Part shown: piece after piece, positions 28,818 to 39,830 of the stretch
Position numbering within the stretch: position 1 is the stretch's first letter
Layout of the letters: the number at the start of each line of letters is the position of its first letter
Origin: Alphaproteobacteria bacterium
Lineage (GTDB): Bacteria > Pseudomonadota > Alphaproteobacteria > UBA2966
NCBI GenBank assembly: GCA_964291395.2
Contig: OZ219858.1
Span: forward strand, 1,184,001-1,248,000
DNA: 64,000 bases
Reading direction: 5' to 3'
Program-made: the position numbers and the translations under genes
The notes under the pieces: model-generated
Databases searched by the model: none
Seen by the model: the letters and a program-made list of their open reading frames with translations, nothing else
Told to the model about the DNA's origin: nothing

Positions 28818-29645
28818 TCAACCACCCTTCTCCTCCATCAGGAATCGCACGATCATCTCGACGTTCTCGGCAGAGTCATAGACGTCGTGCGCGGCCTCCC
28901 CTTCAACCACGACGGATTGCGAGCGAGGGCGGCCGTCCATGAACTCCCCGCAGTGCCCCTGCTGTCCCCGCGTGCGGTCCGCGCCGTACCACGGGTCTCC
29001 GGACTTGACGATGGCGAGCACGGGGATGTGCGGCGGCGCGGCGATGCCTTCGACGATGGCTGCCCCGTGGCACGTCCATTGGGTGATGACGCGGGCGCGG
29101 AACTCGTGACCTCTGTAGAGCGCGGCGGCGACGCCGCCCTCCGACGTGCCGACGAGGAACAGATTATCGCGATCGACCCAGTCCAACGCCGACATCCGGT
29201 CCAGCGCGAAAGCGATCTCGGTTTGCCGGAAGTCGTAGACGAACCTGTTGAAGCCGCCGGTCTGCATTTCCGGATCGCATTGCAGCGGCCGGAACCGACG
29301 CGCCAAGCTGTCCGGAACGACGACCGCGAACCCCGCTTTGGCGAGGCGCTCGAAAAACGCAAAGTTTCCGATTCCCGTACAGCCGTGCATGTACAGCACG
29401 GTGGGGAGGCGGACACCGTGTCCGTAGCGTGCGATCCGCTCGCGCATCTCGCGCTCGTTCATCCCGGTGATCATCGGCCCGGCGGATCCCGCTGGCGGAA
29501 GAGCGACCACTGCCTCGTCCCACGTACTCTCGATATCGGAACGCCCGCCGAACCACGTCACGTTTTCGCAACCGGCCAGCAAGCCCAGCGCCATCGTGGC
29601 GACGAGGGCACGTCCCCTCACGGTCCGTACCGACTTTCTCATCAT
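28818..29645 (-). CDS. alpha/beta hydrolase lipoprotein (dienelactone hydrolase-like)
   Basis: Lipobox LLAGC; motifs MHGCTG and GTSEGG nucleophile elbow; ATGA overlap with the ispE stop. Confidence 0.75.
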   Translation of the reverse strand: MMRKSVRTVRGRALVATMALGLLAGCENVTWFGGRSDIESTWDEAVVALPPAGSAGPMITGMNEREMRERIARYGHGVRLPTVLYMHGCTGIGNFAFFERLAKAGFAVVVPDSLARRFRPLQCDPEMQTGGFNRFVYDFRQTEIAFALDRMSALDWVDRDNLFLVGTSEGGVAAALYRGHEFRARVITQWTCHGAAIVEGIAAPPHIPVLAIVKSGDPWYGADRTRGQQGHCGEFMDGRPRSQSVVVEGEAAHDVYDSAENVEMIVRFLMEEKGG

Positions 29646-30544
29646 GCGGTCCCGGGGCCGAGCATTCGGCCTGCCTTTACCCACCAGGCCGGGTGAGCTT
29701 CCGCCACCTCGGTTTCGGCGGACTTCGCCGCGCGCTCGTCAGCGAACAGGCCGAAACAGGTGGCCCCGCTCCCCGACATTCGCGACAGCAGACATCCGTC
29801 GAGCGCGTGCAGCGTGCCGATGACTTCGGCGATCTGGGGTGCCAACCGGACCGCCGTATCCTCCAGGTCATTTGATCGCCGCGAAAGAACTTCGGTCATG
29901 GCAGCGGCGTCGGCAGGTGACTCTTGAAACCGCGCTTCGGCGGACCACGCGGGATCGTGGCGCCGGAATACCTCCGCCGTCGCCAGGGGGACGCCGGGAT
30001 TGACGAGCAGGAGCCAGGCATCGGGCAACGCCGGAGCCGGACTGACGATCTCTCCCACCCCCCCGACGTAGACCGGTGATCGGCCCAGGCACGCGGGGAC
30101 GTCGGCCCCCAATCTCCTGGCAATGGCCTGAAGTTCGCTTTCGGAAACATCCAGATCCCACAGCTTGCAGAGCGCTCGAAGCGTGGCGGCCCCGTCCGAA
30201 GAACCACCGCCGAGGCCCGCGGCGACGGGCAGGTTCTTGTGCAGTGTGAGCGACACGCCCTCGTTCTCGCCCGACGATTCCGCCAGCGCGCGGGCCGCCA
30301 GGATGACGATGTTCGCGCCCCGGTCGACGGCCTCCAGCTGCCGGGCGAAGGGCCCGACCAGCTTCAACCCCAGGCGGTTGGCCCGCGACACCTCGATCTC
30401 GTCGAAGACGTCGGCAAACACGATCAGGCTGTCGATGTCGTGATATCCGTCCGGGCGACGGTTCAGCACGTGCAGGTAGAGGTTGACCTTGGCGGGAGCC
30501 CGGCAGTGGATGGAGCCGCCGTCTCCACGCCCGTCAATCGCCAT
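29642..30544 (-). CDS. ispE: 4-diphosphocytidyl-2-C-methyl-D-erythritol kinase
   Basis: Motifs APAKVNLYL, GYH, PVAAGLGGGSSD, GADVP, MSGSGATCF. Confidence 0.97.
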   Translation of the reverse strand: MAIDGRGDGGSIHCRAPAKVNLYLHVLNRRPDGYHDIDSLIVFADVFDEIEVSRANRLGLKLVGPFARQLEAVDRGANIVILAARALAESSGENEGVSLTLHKNLPVAAGLGGGSSDGAATLRALCKLWDLDVSESELQAIARRLGADVPACLGRSPVYVGGVGEIVSPAPALPDAWLLLVNPGVPLATAEVFRRHDPAWSAEARFQESPADAAAMTEVLSRRSNDLEDTAVRLAPQIAEVIGTLHALDGCLLSRMSGSGATCFGLFADERAAKSAETEVAEAHPAWWVKAGRMLGPGTA

Positions 30545-32300
30545 CGCCCCCGGCCGGGATGTCCGGAGCGCTCAATTTCGAGATCGGCGGCAGACCCTTA
30601 TCCAATTTTTCCCGTATCTTCGGAACGGCCTCGGTCTCCGGTTTCAGGGCCAGCGCACGCCGCCATTGGAACGTCGCTTCGCGTTTCCGGCCAACGCGCC
30701 ACAACGCATCGCCCAGATGGTCGTTGATGAGGGGGTCTTCTGGACGCAGGCTGACGGCGCGTTCCAACTGATCGACGGCGTCGTCGAATTCTCCGAGCCG
30801 GTAGAACGCCCACCCCAGGCTGTCGACGATGTACCCATCCGTCGGCCGGAGCTCGACTGCCTTTTCGACCATCTCGCGGGCGCGTTCGAGGTGTTCTCCC
30901 CGTTCGATCCAGGAATAACCCAGGTAGTTCAGCACCAGCGGCTGCTCCGGCTTGAGATCGAGCGCCCGGAGAAAATCCAGTTCGGCCTTGCGCCACTCGT
31001 TCGATCGCTCATGGGCGATCGCCCGCGAATACAACAGGGTCCAGTGCCGCTCTCGCAGTTCACCGACCCGCTGGATGGCGCGGCCGTACTCGTCCGCGGA
31101 GGCTTTGTACTTCTCGCGCAGGCGGAAGATGTCGCCGAGCTCGACCAACGGATCGATACGGTCCGGGCGCTCCTTATCGAGTTGACGAAGCAGCTTCACG
31201 GCCGCGGACAGTTTGTCCATTTCGTTCAGATTGGACGCCATGCGCAATCGTGCGTTCCAGCCACGGGGGGATCCGGCGTCGATGCGCTCGTAGAGCTCGT
31301 TGGCCGACTCATAGCGTTCATCGCCTTCCATGATACTGCCGATCAGAGTCAGTGCGACCGGCATATCGGGATTCAACGCCAGGGCCAGCCGGCCATAGAT
31401 CAGCGCCAACTCCCGGGCGTTCTCCTGCAACAGGCCGCCGGCAATCCCGTAGAAGGCTTCCGCAGCTCCTTCCCTGGCACCGGCGATCAGCGGAGGGACC
31501 GGCTGTTTGCTCTTCGCACGCTCCAAGGCGGTGGGGATCAGAAGGTTCCGTGGTTCCCGCGTCAGATAGTCGCGATACAGTTTGATCGCGTCCTGCTGCC
31601 GTCCCGCGCGCTCGAGAAACGTACCGAACGCCTCCACCAAGCGAAGCGATCCACCCTCCTGGGCCTCGATCGTCTCGCGGTAGGCGGCCTCCGCCGCCTC
31701 CGTCCGGCCCAGGAATTCGTTTATGAGGGCATCGTGATAGGTTCGGAACAGCGCGTATCCCTTCTTCTTCTCGAGGAACGCCAGCGTCTTGAAGGACTCA
31801 TCTCCGCGGCCGTCACCCGCCAGCGACCAAGCCTCGACGAGCGGCACGATCAGCGCGTTCATACGCGAGCGAGACGCCTTCCGCAGGATGTCGACCGCCC
31901 GACCGAACTCGCCCTTGGCGATGTGCTCGACGGCGATAACTTGACTCGCCAGGCTGGAACTCCGGTTGATCTTGTCGATCTTGTGGGCCAGCGTCGTCGC
32001 GCTCTCGAAGCGACCGTCTGCCAGCATCAGGAGGAAGGCGCGGGTCAGGATATCGGAATTGTCCGGATCCCCCTGAAGAACGCGTTCGTAGTATGTCGAT
32101 GCAGACGTAATGTCGCCGACGGAACGGGCGTATCTGCCGGCGAGGTATTGACCGAAGACGGACCCTTCCTCGGCCCACGTCTCGCCGCCGGCCGCCGCAT
32201 GTGCCGGGGCCGTCGGGACCGCAAGGACCAACGCGGCAACGGCAGCCGCTCCGAGCCATCTACCGGCGGCCAACCGGGAACATACGAAATCCGGCTTCAT
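30534..32300 (-). CDS. exported tetratricopeptide repeat protein
   Basis: Motifs LNYLGYSW, YIVDSLGW, INDHLGDALW; conserved position before ispE. Confidence 0.92.
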   Translation of the reverse strand: MKPDFVCSRLAAGRWLGAAAVAALVLAVPTAPAHAAAGGETWAEEGSVFGQYLAGRYARSVGDITSASTYYERVLQGDPDNSDILTRAFLLMLADGRFESATTLAHKIDKINRSSSLASQVIAVEHIAKGEFGRAVDILRKASRSRMNALIVPLVEAWSLAGDGRGDESFKTLAFLEKKKGYALFRTYHDALINEFLGRTEAAEAAYRETIEAQEGGSLRLVEAFGTFLERAGRQQDAIKLYRDYLTREPRNLLIPTALERAKSKQPVPPLIAGAREGAAEAFYGIAGGLLQENARELALIYGRLALALNPDMPVALTLIGSIMEGDERYESANELYERIDAGSPRGWNARLRMASNLNEMDKLSAAVKLLRQLDKERPDRIDPLVELGDIFRLREKYKASADEYGRAIQRVGELRERHWTLLYSRAIAHERSNEWRKAELDFLRALDLKPEQPLVLNYLGYSWIERGEHLERAREMVEKAVELRPTDGYIVDSLGWAFYRLGEFDDAVDQLERAVSLRPEDPLINDHLGDALWRVGRKREATFQWRRALALKPETEAVPKIREKLDKGLPPISKLSAPDIPAGGDGD

Positions 32301-32399
32301 TCGTCAGCCATGCCCCGGACGTCGGACCCATGTACCGTTATTGTATCGGCCTTGTCCCATGTTTGTTAGCCAGACGAAGGCTTCGGGATCTCGGCATCT

Positions 32400-34055
32400 T
32401 CACATGTTGGGGTAGTTGGGCCCACCACCGCCTTCGGGCACCACCCAGTTGATGTTCTGGCCGGGATCCTTGATGTCGCATGTCTTGCAGTGCACGCAAT
32501 TCTGCGCGTTTATCTGGAGGCGTGGCTTCTCGTCGTCCTGGCCGACGATCTCATAGACGCCCGCCGGGCAGTAGCGCTGTTCGGGCGCATCGTATTCGGC
32601 CAAGTTGACCTCGATGGGGACGCTCTCGTCCTTCAGGGTCAGGTGAACCGGCTGGTCTTCCTCGTGGTTCGTGTTCGACAGGAATACGGACGAGAGGCGG
32701 TCGAACGTGACCTTGCCGTCCGGCTTCGGGTAGTCGATCCCGGGGCAGTCGGCGGCCTTCTTGAGGCGTGTGTGGTCCGGGTGATGGCGAAACGTCCACG
32801 GCGCAAGGCCTCGCAATACCTTGAGGTCGAGGCCCCCGTACAGCGTTCCGAACAGGAGCCCTCGGCGGAACGCGGGCCGGAAATTGCGGGCGCGATGCAG
32901 CTCATCGTAAACCCAGGACTCCCGAAACCGTCGGGGGTAGGCCTCCAGCGTATCTCCGCCGCGTCCCTCCCGGATCGCTTCGAAGACGGACTCCGCCGCC
33001 ATCATCCCGCTTTTCATCGCGGTATGGCTACCCTTGATCTTGGGCACGTTCAAAAATCCGGCGGCACAGCCCAGCAGCACGCCGCCCGGGAACGCCAGCC
33101 TTGGTACGGACTGAAACCCGCCTTCGTTGATGGCGCGAGCGCCATAGGCGATCCGCCGCCCCCCTGCAAACACGGGACGGATGGAGGGATGGGTCTTGAA
33201 CCGCTGGAATTCCTCGAACGGGGAGAGATGCGGGTTCTCGTAGTCGAGGCCAACGACGAATCCCACCGACACCATGTTGTCTTCCAGATGATAGAGGAAG
33301 CTGCCACCGTAGGTCCGCGAGTCCATGGGCCAGCCCGCGGAATGCACGACGAGTCCCTGCTGGTGCTTGCCCGGTTCCACTTCCCACAGTTCCTTGATGC
33401 CGATGCCATAGGTCTGGGGATCCACGCCGTCGCGCAGCCGAAATCGCTCGAACAAGGTCTTGGTCAGGGAGCCGCGGCAGCCTTCGGCGAACAGCGTGTA
33501 CTTGGCGTGGAGCTCCATGCCAGGCTGGAACTCTGGTTTCCGGCTGCCGTCCCTGGCGACCCCCATGTCGCCGGTGGCGACGCCTTTGACATCGCCCCGA
33601 TCGTTGTAGACCACCTCGGCCGCCGCGAATCCGGGGAAGATCTCGACTCCCATCTCCTCCGCCTGGCTGGCCAGCCATCGGCACAGATTACCCAGGCTGA
33701 CGATGTAGTTGCCGTGGTTGTTGAGTTGTGGCGGTAAGAGGAAATTGGGGAGTCGAACGGCGCCTCCCTCGGTGAGGAACAGGAACTTCTCGTCCGTTAC
33801 GGGTGTGTTCAGCGGCGCGCCCCGATCCTTCCAATCGGGAAGCAACTCATCGATGGCACGGGGCTCGAGAACGGCGCCCGACAGGATATGGGCCCCGACT
33901 TCCGAACCTTTCTCCAGGATACAGATACCGAGATCGACATCATGCTCGACGCAGAGCTGCTTCAGCCGGATCGCGGCACTCAAACCCGAAGGTCCCGCGC
34001 CGACGATCACCACGTCGAATTCCATCGAGTCCCGTCCTTGCGCCTCTTCGGCCAT
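32400..34055 (-). CDS. electron transfer flavoprotein-ubiquinone oxidoreductase
   Basis: Motifs [33 protein letters not shown]. Confidence 0.97.
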   Translation of the reverse strand: MAEEAQGRDSMEFDVVIVGAGPSGLSAAIRLKQLCVEHDVDLGICILEKGSEVGAHILSGAVLEPRAIDELLPDWKDRGAPLNTPVTDEKFLFLTEGGAVRLPNFLLPPQLNNHGNYIVSLGNLCRWLASQAEEMGVEIFPGFAAAEVVYNDRGDVKGVATGDMGVARDGSRKPEFQPGMELHAKYTLFAEGCRGSLTKTLFERFRLRDGVDPQTYGIGIKELWEVEPGKHQQGLVVHSAGWPMDSRTYGGSFLYHLEDNMVSVGFVVGLDYENPHLSPFEEFQRFKTHPSIRPVFAGGRRIAYGARAINEGGFQSVPRLAFPGGVLLGCAAGFLNVPKIKGSHTAMKSGMMAAESVFEAIREGRGGDTLEAYPRRFRESWVYDELHRARNFRPAFRRGLLFGTLYGGLDLKVLRGLAPWTFRHHPDHTRLKKAADCPGIDYPKPDGKVTFDRLSSVFLSNTNHEEDQPVHLTLKDESVPIEVNLAEYDAPEQRYCPAGVYEIVGQDDEKPRLQINAQNCVHCKTCDIKDPGQNINWVVPEGGGGPNYPNM

Positions 34056-34184
34056 TCCGGCCTCCCTCTCCGCCACAGGGCTCATCCAGACACCGAAGAG
34101 ACCGGTATACGCGCGCGCGGCAAGACAGGTCAATTGATCCGCGCACTGCCGGGCGGTCGATGAATCTGTGCCTGTCTGCTAACC

Positions 34185-35075
34185 TTGCGGAGAAGCGAGT
34201 TCTCCAAGCCGCGATCGCGGGAACACGGTACGTTGCCTACCCGAGCCGAGCTCCTTGATCTCCTGCGCTGGCACATCGATGCCGGCGCCGACGAGGCCAT
34301 CGGAGATTCCCCGACGGACCATTTCAAAGCGGCATCCGTCCCGGAGCGCATGCAACGACAGGCGGTTGCCACTGGCCGCGTGCAAGCGGCAGCCGCGCCG
34401 CCGTCCTCCGAGGCGCCTCGGCGCCAGGCGAGCGTCCCGTTGTCCTTGGAAAGCCCGGCGGCGGCGGAGGGAAACGCGGACCAGCTCGCGAACGCGGCAT
34501 CGACACTCGCCGAACTCAGGGGTGCCATGCAGCAATTCGAAGGTTGCTCACTCAAGCACACGGCCATGAACCTCGTATTCGGCGACGGCAATCCCGATGC
34601 GGACGTGATGTTCATCGGCGAGGCGCCGGGGGCTGACGAGGACCGCGAGGGCCTGCCCTTCGTCGGGGTCAGCGGGCGGCTCCTCGATCGGATGATCGCG
34701 GCGATCGGAATGGACCGAACATCGGCCTACATCACGAACATCCTGCCGTGGCGCCCGCCGGGAAATAGAAAGCCGACGACGAACGAAGTCACCATCTGCC
34801 TGCCCTTCATCCGGCGTCATATCGAGCTTATGGCGCCACGGGTTCTGGTCTTGGTCGGAGGCACGTCGGCCAGCGCCCTCCTGGGCCGGTCGGAAGGGAT
34901 CACCAAGCTAAGGGGCCGGTGGCTCGTCTACCGCAGCGGCGACTCGGGCGGCGGGTTCGAGATCCCGTGCATGCCCATCTATCATCCCGCCTACCTGTTG
35001 CGGCAGTCGGCGCTCAAACGGGACGCTTGGCGAGACATCCTGGCGATCCAGGAACGTCTCCAATCCATGGAGTGA
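34185..35075 (+). CDS. uracil-DNA glycosylase family 4
   Basis: Motifs [28 protein letters not shown]; true start may be TTG 34233. Confidence 0.93.
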   Translation: MRRSEFSKPRSREHGTLPTRAELLDLLRWHIDAGADEAIGDSPTDHFKAASVPERMQRQAVATGRVQAAAAPPSSEAPRRQASVPLSLESPAAAEGNADQLANAASTLAELRGAMQQFEGCSLKHTAMNLVFGDGNPDADVMFIGEAPGADEDREGLPFVGVSGRLLDRMIAAIGMDRTSAYITNILPWRPPGNRKPTTNEVTICLPFIRRHIELMAPRVLVLVGGTSASALLGRSEGITKLRGRWLVYRSGDSGGGFEIPCMPIYHPAYLLRQSALKRDAWRDILAIQERLQSME

Positions 35076-35165
35076 CGGCGCAAACGGAGGTGGCTGGAAC
35101 ACCCGTAAGCTTGCCGCGAATCGCTGCATCCGCTATGTAGCCGCCATGTTTCGGGGAACCGGAAG

Positions 35166-36998
35166 GTGTCTGCCGTGAAACGCGGGATCGGGTCCGACCA
35201 GCTCGTCGGCCCCGCGGTCCTTTGCGTATCCATTCTGATCGCGACCCAGGCCGTCGCACCGGCCGCCTCGGCGACCACCGAAGGCGGAGGCGTGTTTGCC
35301 GTGGAAGCCGTGGCGGACCCGATCGACACCGGAATCCTCAACCCGGAAGACGTCGCCCGCTATCAACGTATCTTCGAGCTTCAGGAAGACGGCGATTGGA
35401 AGGGGGCGGACAAGGAAATCGCCAAGCTTGGCGACCGTATCCTGATGGGCCACGTGCTCTATCAGCGGTACATGCATCCCACGAAATATCGCTCCAAGTT
35501 CAAGGAGCTCTCCATCTGGATGACTCGATACGCCGATCACCCGGGCGCCGACCGCGTCTATCGTTTGGCGCGTAAGCGGAAACCCGTGCGTGCACGGGCC
35601 CCGAAACGACCCGTACGGCCGAACGACCACAAAACCACGCAGATCACGGCTGTCGAGATCGGGAAATACGTCTCGTCTCGCAAGAGGAATCGCGCGACGC
35701 GCCGTGAGGTGCGGCGTCTGCATGCACATGTCCGGAGCCACATTCGCAGCCGCCGCCTGAATGGGGCGATCAAGCATCTCAAGAGTCGCAAGTACCGTGA
35801 GCTCCTGGACGACACGGAAACCGCCATTCTCTATGCCGGTATCGCCAAGGGGTACTTCCATCTTGGCCACGACGAGCGGGCATTCGCCCTGGCTTCGGAA
35901 AACGCCGCGCGAGCACGGACGTATGAACCGACGGTCGATATGTACGCGGGCCTGACGGCCTGGCGCCTGGGCCGGCCAACCGATGCCGCCATCCATTTCA
36001 GCGCCCTCGCTGAATCGCGAACCGCGTCCGAAAGGGAGGTCTCCTTCGGCGCGTTCTGGGCTGCCCGGGCACATCTCGTGGTCCGCAGTCCGGAACGCGT
36101 GACGCATTACCTGCGCATCGCCGCCGATCAGCCCCGCACCTTCTACGGACAGATCGCCCGCAGGCTCCTGGGCAACAGCGGGCCTCCGGCTTGGGAGGCC
36201 CCGGTCCTGTTTCCTTCGGACTACGCCAGGCTGAAGACCAGCCCCTACGTGCGGCGGGGTGTGGCCCTGTCGCAGATCGGGCGGCTCTATTGGGCCGAAC
36301 GCGAACTGCGGGCCGCGTTCATCGAAGCGCCGGGTGACGCCCGCAAAGCCGTGCTGGCGCTCGTGGTCAGGCTGGGGCTGCCGGGCGCGGAGCTGCGTCT
36401 GGCTCGGGCCATTCTCGCGTCCGACGGCGACGCCTATGACCGCGCGCTGTTTCCCGTACCGCCGTGGGAACCGGAAGGTGGCTTCAAGATCGATCGCGCC
36501 ATCCTATTTGCCCTGATGCGTCAGGAGTCCGGGTTCAACAGCCGGGCGAAAAGCGGCGCGGGAGCGCGAGGGCTGATGCAGTTGATGCCGCGGACGGCCA
36601 GTTTCATGGCCCGCGACCGGAGCCTCCACGGACGCAACAAGCGGAAGCTGTTCGCACCCGAGTACAACGTGCAACTCGGTCAGAAATATGTTGTGCACCT
36701 CATGACCGAGCACGAGTTCCTGGACAACCTGGTGATGGTGGTCGCGGCTTACAACGCCGGACCGGGCAACGTGAGGAAGTGGAAACGCCGGATCAAGGAG
36801 TCGAACGATCCGCTCTTGTTCGTCGAGAGCCTGCCTTCACGCGAGAACCGGGAATTCGTGCGGCGCGTGTTCGCGAACATGTGGATCTACCGGGCCCGAC
36901 TCGAACAGTCCGCCCCCTCGCTGGATGCGATCGCGGCGGGACGCTGGCCGGTCTACCATAGCCTCGACTTCCGGACGGAAACGGCGGCCAGCGAGTAG
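35166..36998 (+). CDS. soluble lytic transglycosylase (SLT domain)
   Basis: Motifs RQESGF, GARGLMQLMP, AYNAGPG. Confidence 0.93.
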   Translation: MSAVKRGIGSDQLVGPAVLCVSILIATQAVAPAASATTEGGGVFAVEAVADPIDTGILNPEDVARYQRIFELQEDGDWKGADKEIAKLGDRILMGHVLYQRYMHPTKYRSKFKELSIWMTRYADHPGADRVYRLARKRKPVRARAPKRPVRPNDHKTTQITAVEIGKYVSSRKRNRATRREVRRLHAHVRSHIRSRRLNGAIKHLKSRKYRELLDDTETAILYAGIAKGYFHLGHDERAFALASENAARARTYEPTVDMYAGLTAWRLGRPTDAAIHFSALAESRTASEREVSFGAFWAARAHLVVRSPERVTHYLRIAADQPRTFYGQIARRLLGNSGPPAWEAPVLFPSDYARLKTSPYVRRGVALSQIGRLYWAERELRAAFIEAPGDARKAVLALVVRLGLPGAELRLARAILASDGDAYDRALFPVPPWEPEGGFKIDRAILFALMRQESGFNSRAKSGAGARGLMQLMPRTASFMARDRSLHGRNKRKLFAPEYNVQLGQKYVVHLMTEHEFLDNLVMVVAAYNAGPGNVRKWKRRIKESNDPLLFVESLPSRENREFVRRVFANMWIYRARLEQSAPSLDAIAAGRWPVYHSLDFRTETAASE

Positions 36999-37008
36999 GA
37001 TCCCGACG

Positions 37009-37557
37009 ATGTCTGCCAAGATTGACGAGACACGGCCGTTCGTTCCCGTGAGGATCGCCGTCCTGACCGTATCGGACACGCGGACTCTGGAGGACGACAA
37101 GTCGGGAAACGTCCTCGTCGAGCGTCTCCAGGCCGCCGGACATCGGTTGGCCGACCGGGATATCGTCAAGGACGATTTCGACATCATCGTCGCACGGCTT
37201 CGCGCCTGGATTGCCGACACGGACGTCGATGTCGTCATCGCGACCGGCGGCACGGGAGTCACAGGACGGGACGTCAGCCCCGAAGCCTTTCAATCGGTCT
37301 ACGAGAAGGAGATCGCCGGCTTCGGCGAGGTCTTCCGGATGCTGTCCTACGAGAAGATCGGCACGTCGACGATCCAGTCGCGGGCGACCGCGGGCGTGGC
37401 CGGCGGCACCTATCTGTTCGCGGTCCCGGGTTCGCCCGGCGCCTGCAGGGACGCCTGGGACGGAATCCTCGCCTCGCAGCTCGACTACCGGCACAGGCCG
37501 TGCAATTTCGTCGAGTTGATGGATCGCCTGCTGGAGCACGACTCGGGCGACGCCTGA
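37009..37557 (+). CDS. moaB: molybdenum cofactor biosynthesis protein B
   Basis: Motifs LTVSDTR, TGGTGVTGRD, GFGEVFR, PGSPGAC, PCNF. Confidence 0.95.
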   Translation: MSAKIDETRPFVPVRIAVLTVSDTRTLEDDKSGNVLVERLQAAGHRLADRDIVKDDFDIIVARLRAWIADTDVDVVIATGGTGVTGRDVSPEAFQSVYEKEIAGFGEVFRMLSYEKIGTSTIQSRATAGVAGGTYLFAVPGSPGACRDAWDGILASQLDYRHRPCNFVELMDRLLEHDSGDA

Positions 37558-37688
37558 CGTCGCGTTCGCCGAAGCAGATCGCACCTCCTCCGGTATCCGA
37601 GGTTGCTGTCATCCAGAGGCTTGATGGGGCCGCGCCGGTCTCGGTCCCGGTGTTGGCTGCCCGCCTAGCACCTGCGCCCGGAGCGGCC

Positions 37689-38315
37689 CTACTTGCCGAG
37701 TATTGGGAGACCGCCCAGGGATCCCAGATCCTCGCCGGTGTCCACGTCGCGCAGCGTTTCGAGCGTCCGGACGTGCCAGGTGGCCGGAAACGTGGCAAGG
37801 GTGTCCTGCAGGGCGTGGGGACCGGACCAGCGAACGTCCCGGAACAGGTGCGGCCGCCAGCGTCCCGGAGGGGCCGGCCGCCGGGAGAACCCGATGAGCC
37901 AGTATCCGCCATCGTGGGCGGGGCCGACGACGGCATCATGGGTCTCCAATGCATCGAAGGCGGAACGGACGTGCCGTGCCGTGAGATCCGGAATGTCGCT
38001 GCCGACGATGACGACGGGTCCGGATGACATGGTGTGCAGGACCCGTGCCATGCGCGCGCCCAAATCCCCGGGACCCTGGGGAATTCGCGGGACTTCCTGC
38101 GGCCAGAACCGGCCGCGCCAGGCGAAGCCGTCGGGCGTGACGGCCAGGTGAAGCTCGATACCGCCAAGGGAGCGAAGCTCGGCGATCAGTCGAGCGGTCT
38201 CATTCCGGTAATAGCGCCACGCGGCATAATCCCCGATGTCGCCGGCGAGCCGTCGTTTGACGGTACCGATTCGGGGCGCCCTTGCGAATATCGCCACATG
38301 ACGGGTAGGCCGCAT
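37689..38315 (-). CDS. TIGR04282/DUF2064 glycosyltransferase-like protein
   Basis: Motifs VKRRLA, GDLGARM, GSDIP, GPAHDGGYWLIG, DVD. Confidence 0.88.
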   Translation of the reverse strand: MRPTRHVAIFARAPRIGTVKRRLAGDIGDYAAWRYYRNETARLIAELRSLGGIELHLAVTPDGFAWRGRFWPQEVPRIPQGPGDLGARMARVLHTMSSGPVVIVGSDIPDLTARHVRSAFDALETHDAVVGPAHDGGYWLIGFSRRPAPPGRWRPHLFRDVRWSGPHALQDTLATFPATWHVRTLETLRDVDTGEDLGSLGGLPILGK

Positions 38316-38324
38316 GCCGGGGCT

Positions 38325-39020
38325 TCACCGATAGAATCGGGCGATCGTGCCCGGCGCTACGCCCAGGAAGTAGAGCGCGAGACAGAATAGATTGCGGACA
38401 CCTCGGCGAACGTAACCCTCCCGGCGATAGCGCCCCGGCGACGTCACCGCTTTCGCCGGAAGGATGACGAGCCGGCCCGAGCCGATGCGCCGCACCACGT
38501 CGACGTCCTCCATCAGCGGCATCGGGCGATAACCACCGATCTCGTCATAGAGCTTCCGCGATATCAGCAGGCCCTGATCCCCGTACGGCAGGGCGGCGAT
38601 GCGGCAGCGCCACCTCACGAGCCATTCCAGAACGCGCGCCGCAATCGACGGATCGTCGAGGGCGAACGAAAAGGCAGCGGCACGGCCTTGCGCCCCTTGG
38701 TCGGCCATCAACTCTCGGGCCGTCCGCTCCCAGCTAGCCGCCAGCCGCGTGTCCGCGTGGAGAAACAGGATCCACGGCGACCGGGCGGCCATGGCGCCGG
38801 CCGCGAGCTGCCGCCCCCGGCCCGGCGGTCCGCGTTCGACCCGCGCCCCGGCTGCGTCGGCGATCTCCGGGGTTCGGTCCGTCGAGCCGCCGTCGCTGAC
38901 GATGACGGCCCGGACCAAGCCTTCTTCGCGGGCGGCGGACAGGCTCCGCAGCGTCGCGTCCAGTGTCGCCGCGGCATTCAACGTCGGGATCACGACGTCG
39001 ATTTCGGGAACTTCTCGCAC
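38325..39020 (-). CDS. TIGR04283 family GT2 glycosyltransferase
   Basis: Motifs VIPTLN, DGGSTD, FLHADT, LPYGDQG, LMEDV; start set at GTG 39020. Confidence 0.88.
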   Translation of the reverse strand: MREVPEIDVVIPTLNAAATLDATLRSLSAAREEGLVRAVIVSDGGSTDRTPEIADAAGARVERGPPGRGRQLAAGAMAARSPWILFLHADTRLAASWERTARELMADQGAQGRAAAFSFALDDPSIAARVLEWLVRWRCRIAALPYGDQGLLISRKLYDEIGGYRPMPLMEDVDVVRRIGSGRLVILPAKAVTSPGRYRREGYVRRGVRNLFCLALYFLGVAPGTIARFYR

Positions 39021-39724
39021 AGACGGAGGAAGTTGCGATACAGCCGTTCCGCGTCGGCGTTGAATTCCGGGAGATATTCCGCGACCTCGTCCTCGAAGGC
39101 GCGCAGGGTTCCCGGTCCCAGGGTGTTCTCGAGCGCCTCGCGGTAAGCGGGAACCTCGCCCCACTCGGGAACGGTCTGCGGCGTCTGTTCGACGTGGTAT
39201 TGGATGCCGTAAGCGGTGTCGCTCACCGCGAAGGCCTGCACGCCGCAGAGCGTCGATTCGCAGAGCACTCTGGCGCCCGCGGGAGGCTCGCTGACCTCGT
39301 AGGAGTGCCACTGCAGGCAGCGGACGTTCGGTGTGAATCCGTCGAACAGGGGATCGTTCCGCCCGGCGGCGGTCAGACTGACCTCCATGACCCCGACCTC
39401 GGAGGCTGCCATGGGAGCGACGGTGCCGCCGAGCGCGTCAGCCAGCAATTGGGCGCCCAGACAGACGCCGAGGAAAGGCATTTCGAGCTCCAGCACGGCG
39501 TCCCGGATCGCCCGCTTCTCGTCGACGAGCCAGGGATAGTCATCCTCCTGCCAGGTGTCCATGGGGCCGCCCATGACCCACAGCATGTCGAAGTCGGCGA
39601 GATCCGGAATCGACTCGCCCGCATCGAGCTCGACGGCCTGCCAGTCGTGTCCGTCCTCCGCGAGGAAATCCCGGAATACGCCGGGATGCTCCACGGGGAT
39701 GTGCTGGAAGACGCAGACGCGCAT
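38990..39724 (-). CDS. class I glutamine amidotransferase-like protein
   Basis: Motifs MGGPM, LGVCLGAQL, QYHVE (Cys-His-Glu triad). Confidence 0.9.
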   Translation of the reverse strand: MRVCVFQHIPVEHPGVFRDFLAEDGHDWQAVELDAGESIPDLADFDMLWVMGGPMDTWQEDDYPWLVDEKRAIRDAVLELEMPFLGVCLGAQLLADALGGTVAPMAASEVGVMEVSLTAAGRNDPLFDGFTPNVRCLQWHSYEVSEPPAGARVLCESTLCGVQAFAVSDTAYGIQYHVEQTPQTVPEWGEVPAYREALENTLGPGTLRAFEDEVAEYLPEFNADAERLYRNFLRLCEKFPKSTS

Positions 39725-39791
39725 GCGCCGAGCGTAGCATCGGGAGCGAGCGCATACGACCGCCGATTGAACATCCACCTCTTTTAAATTT

Positions 39792-39806
39792 GTTCTTTAT
39801 TTGTTC
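39792..39806 (+). promoter_or_regulatory. alphaproteobacterial LexA (SOS) box
   Basis: GTTC-TTTATTT-GTTC ~25 bp upstream of the rSAM ATG. Confidence 0.8.
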
Positions 39807-39830
39807 TCATATTGCAGTATGCTTCCCGTG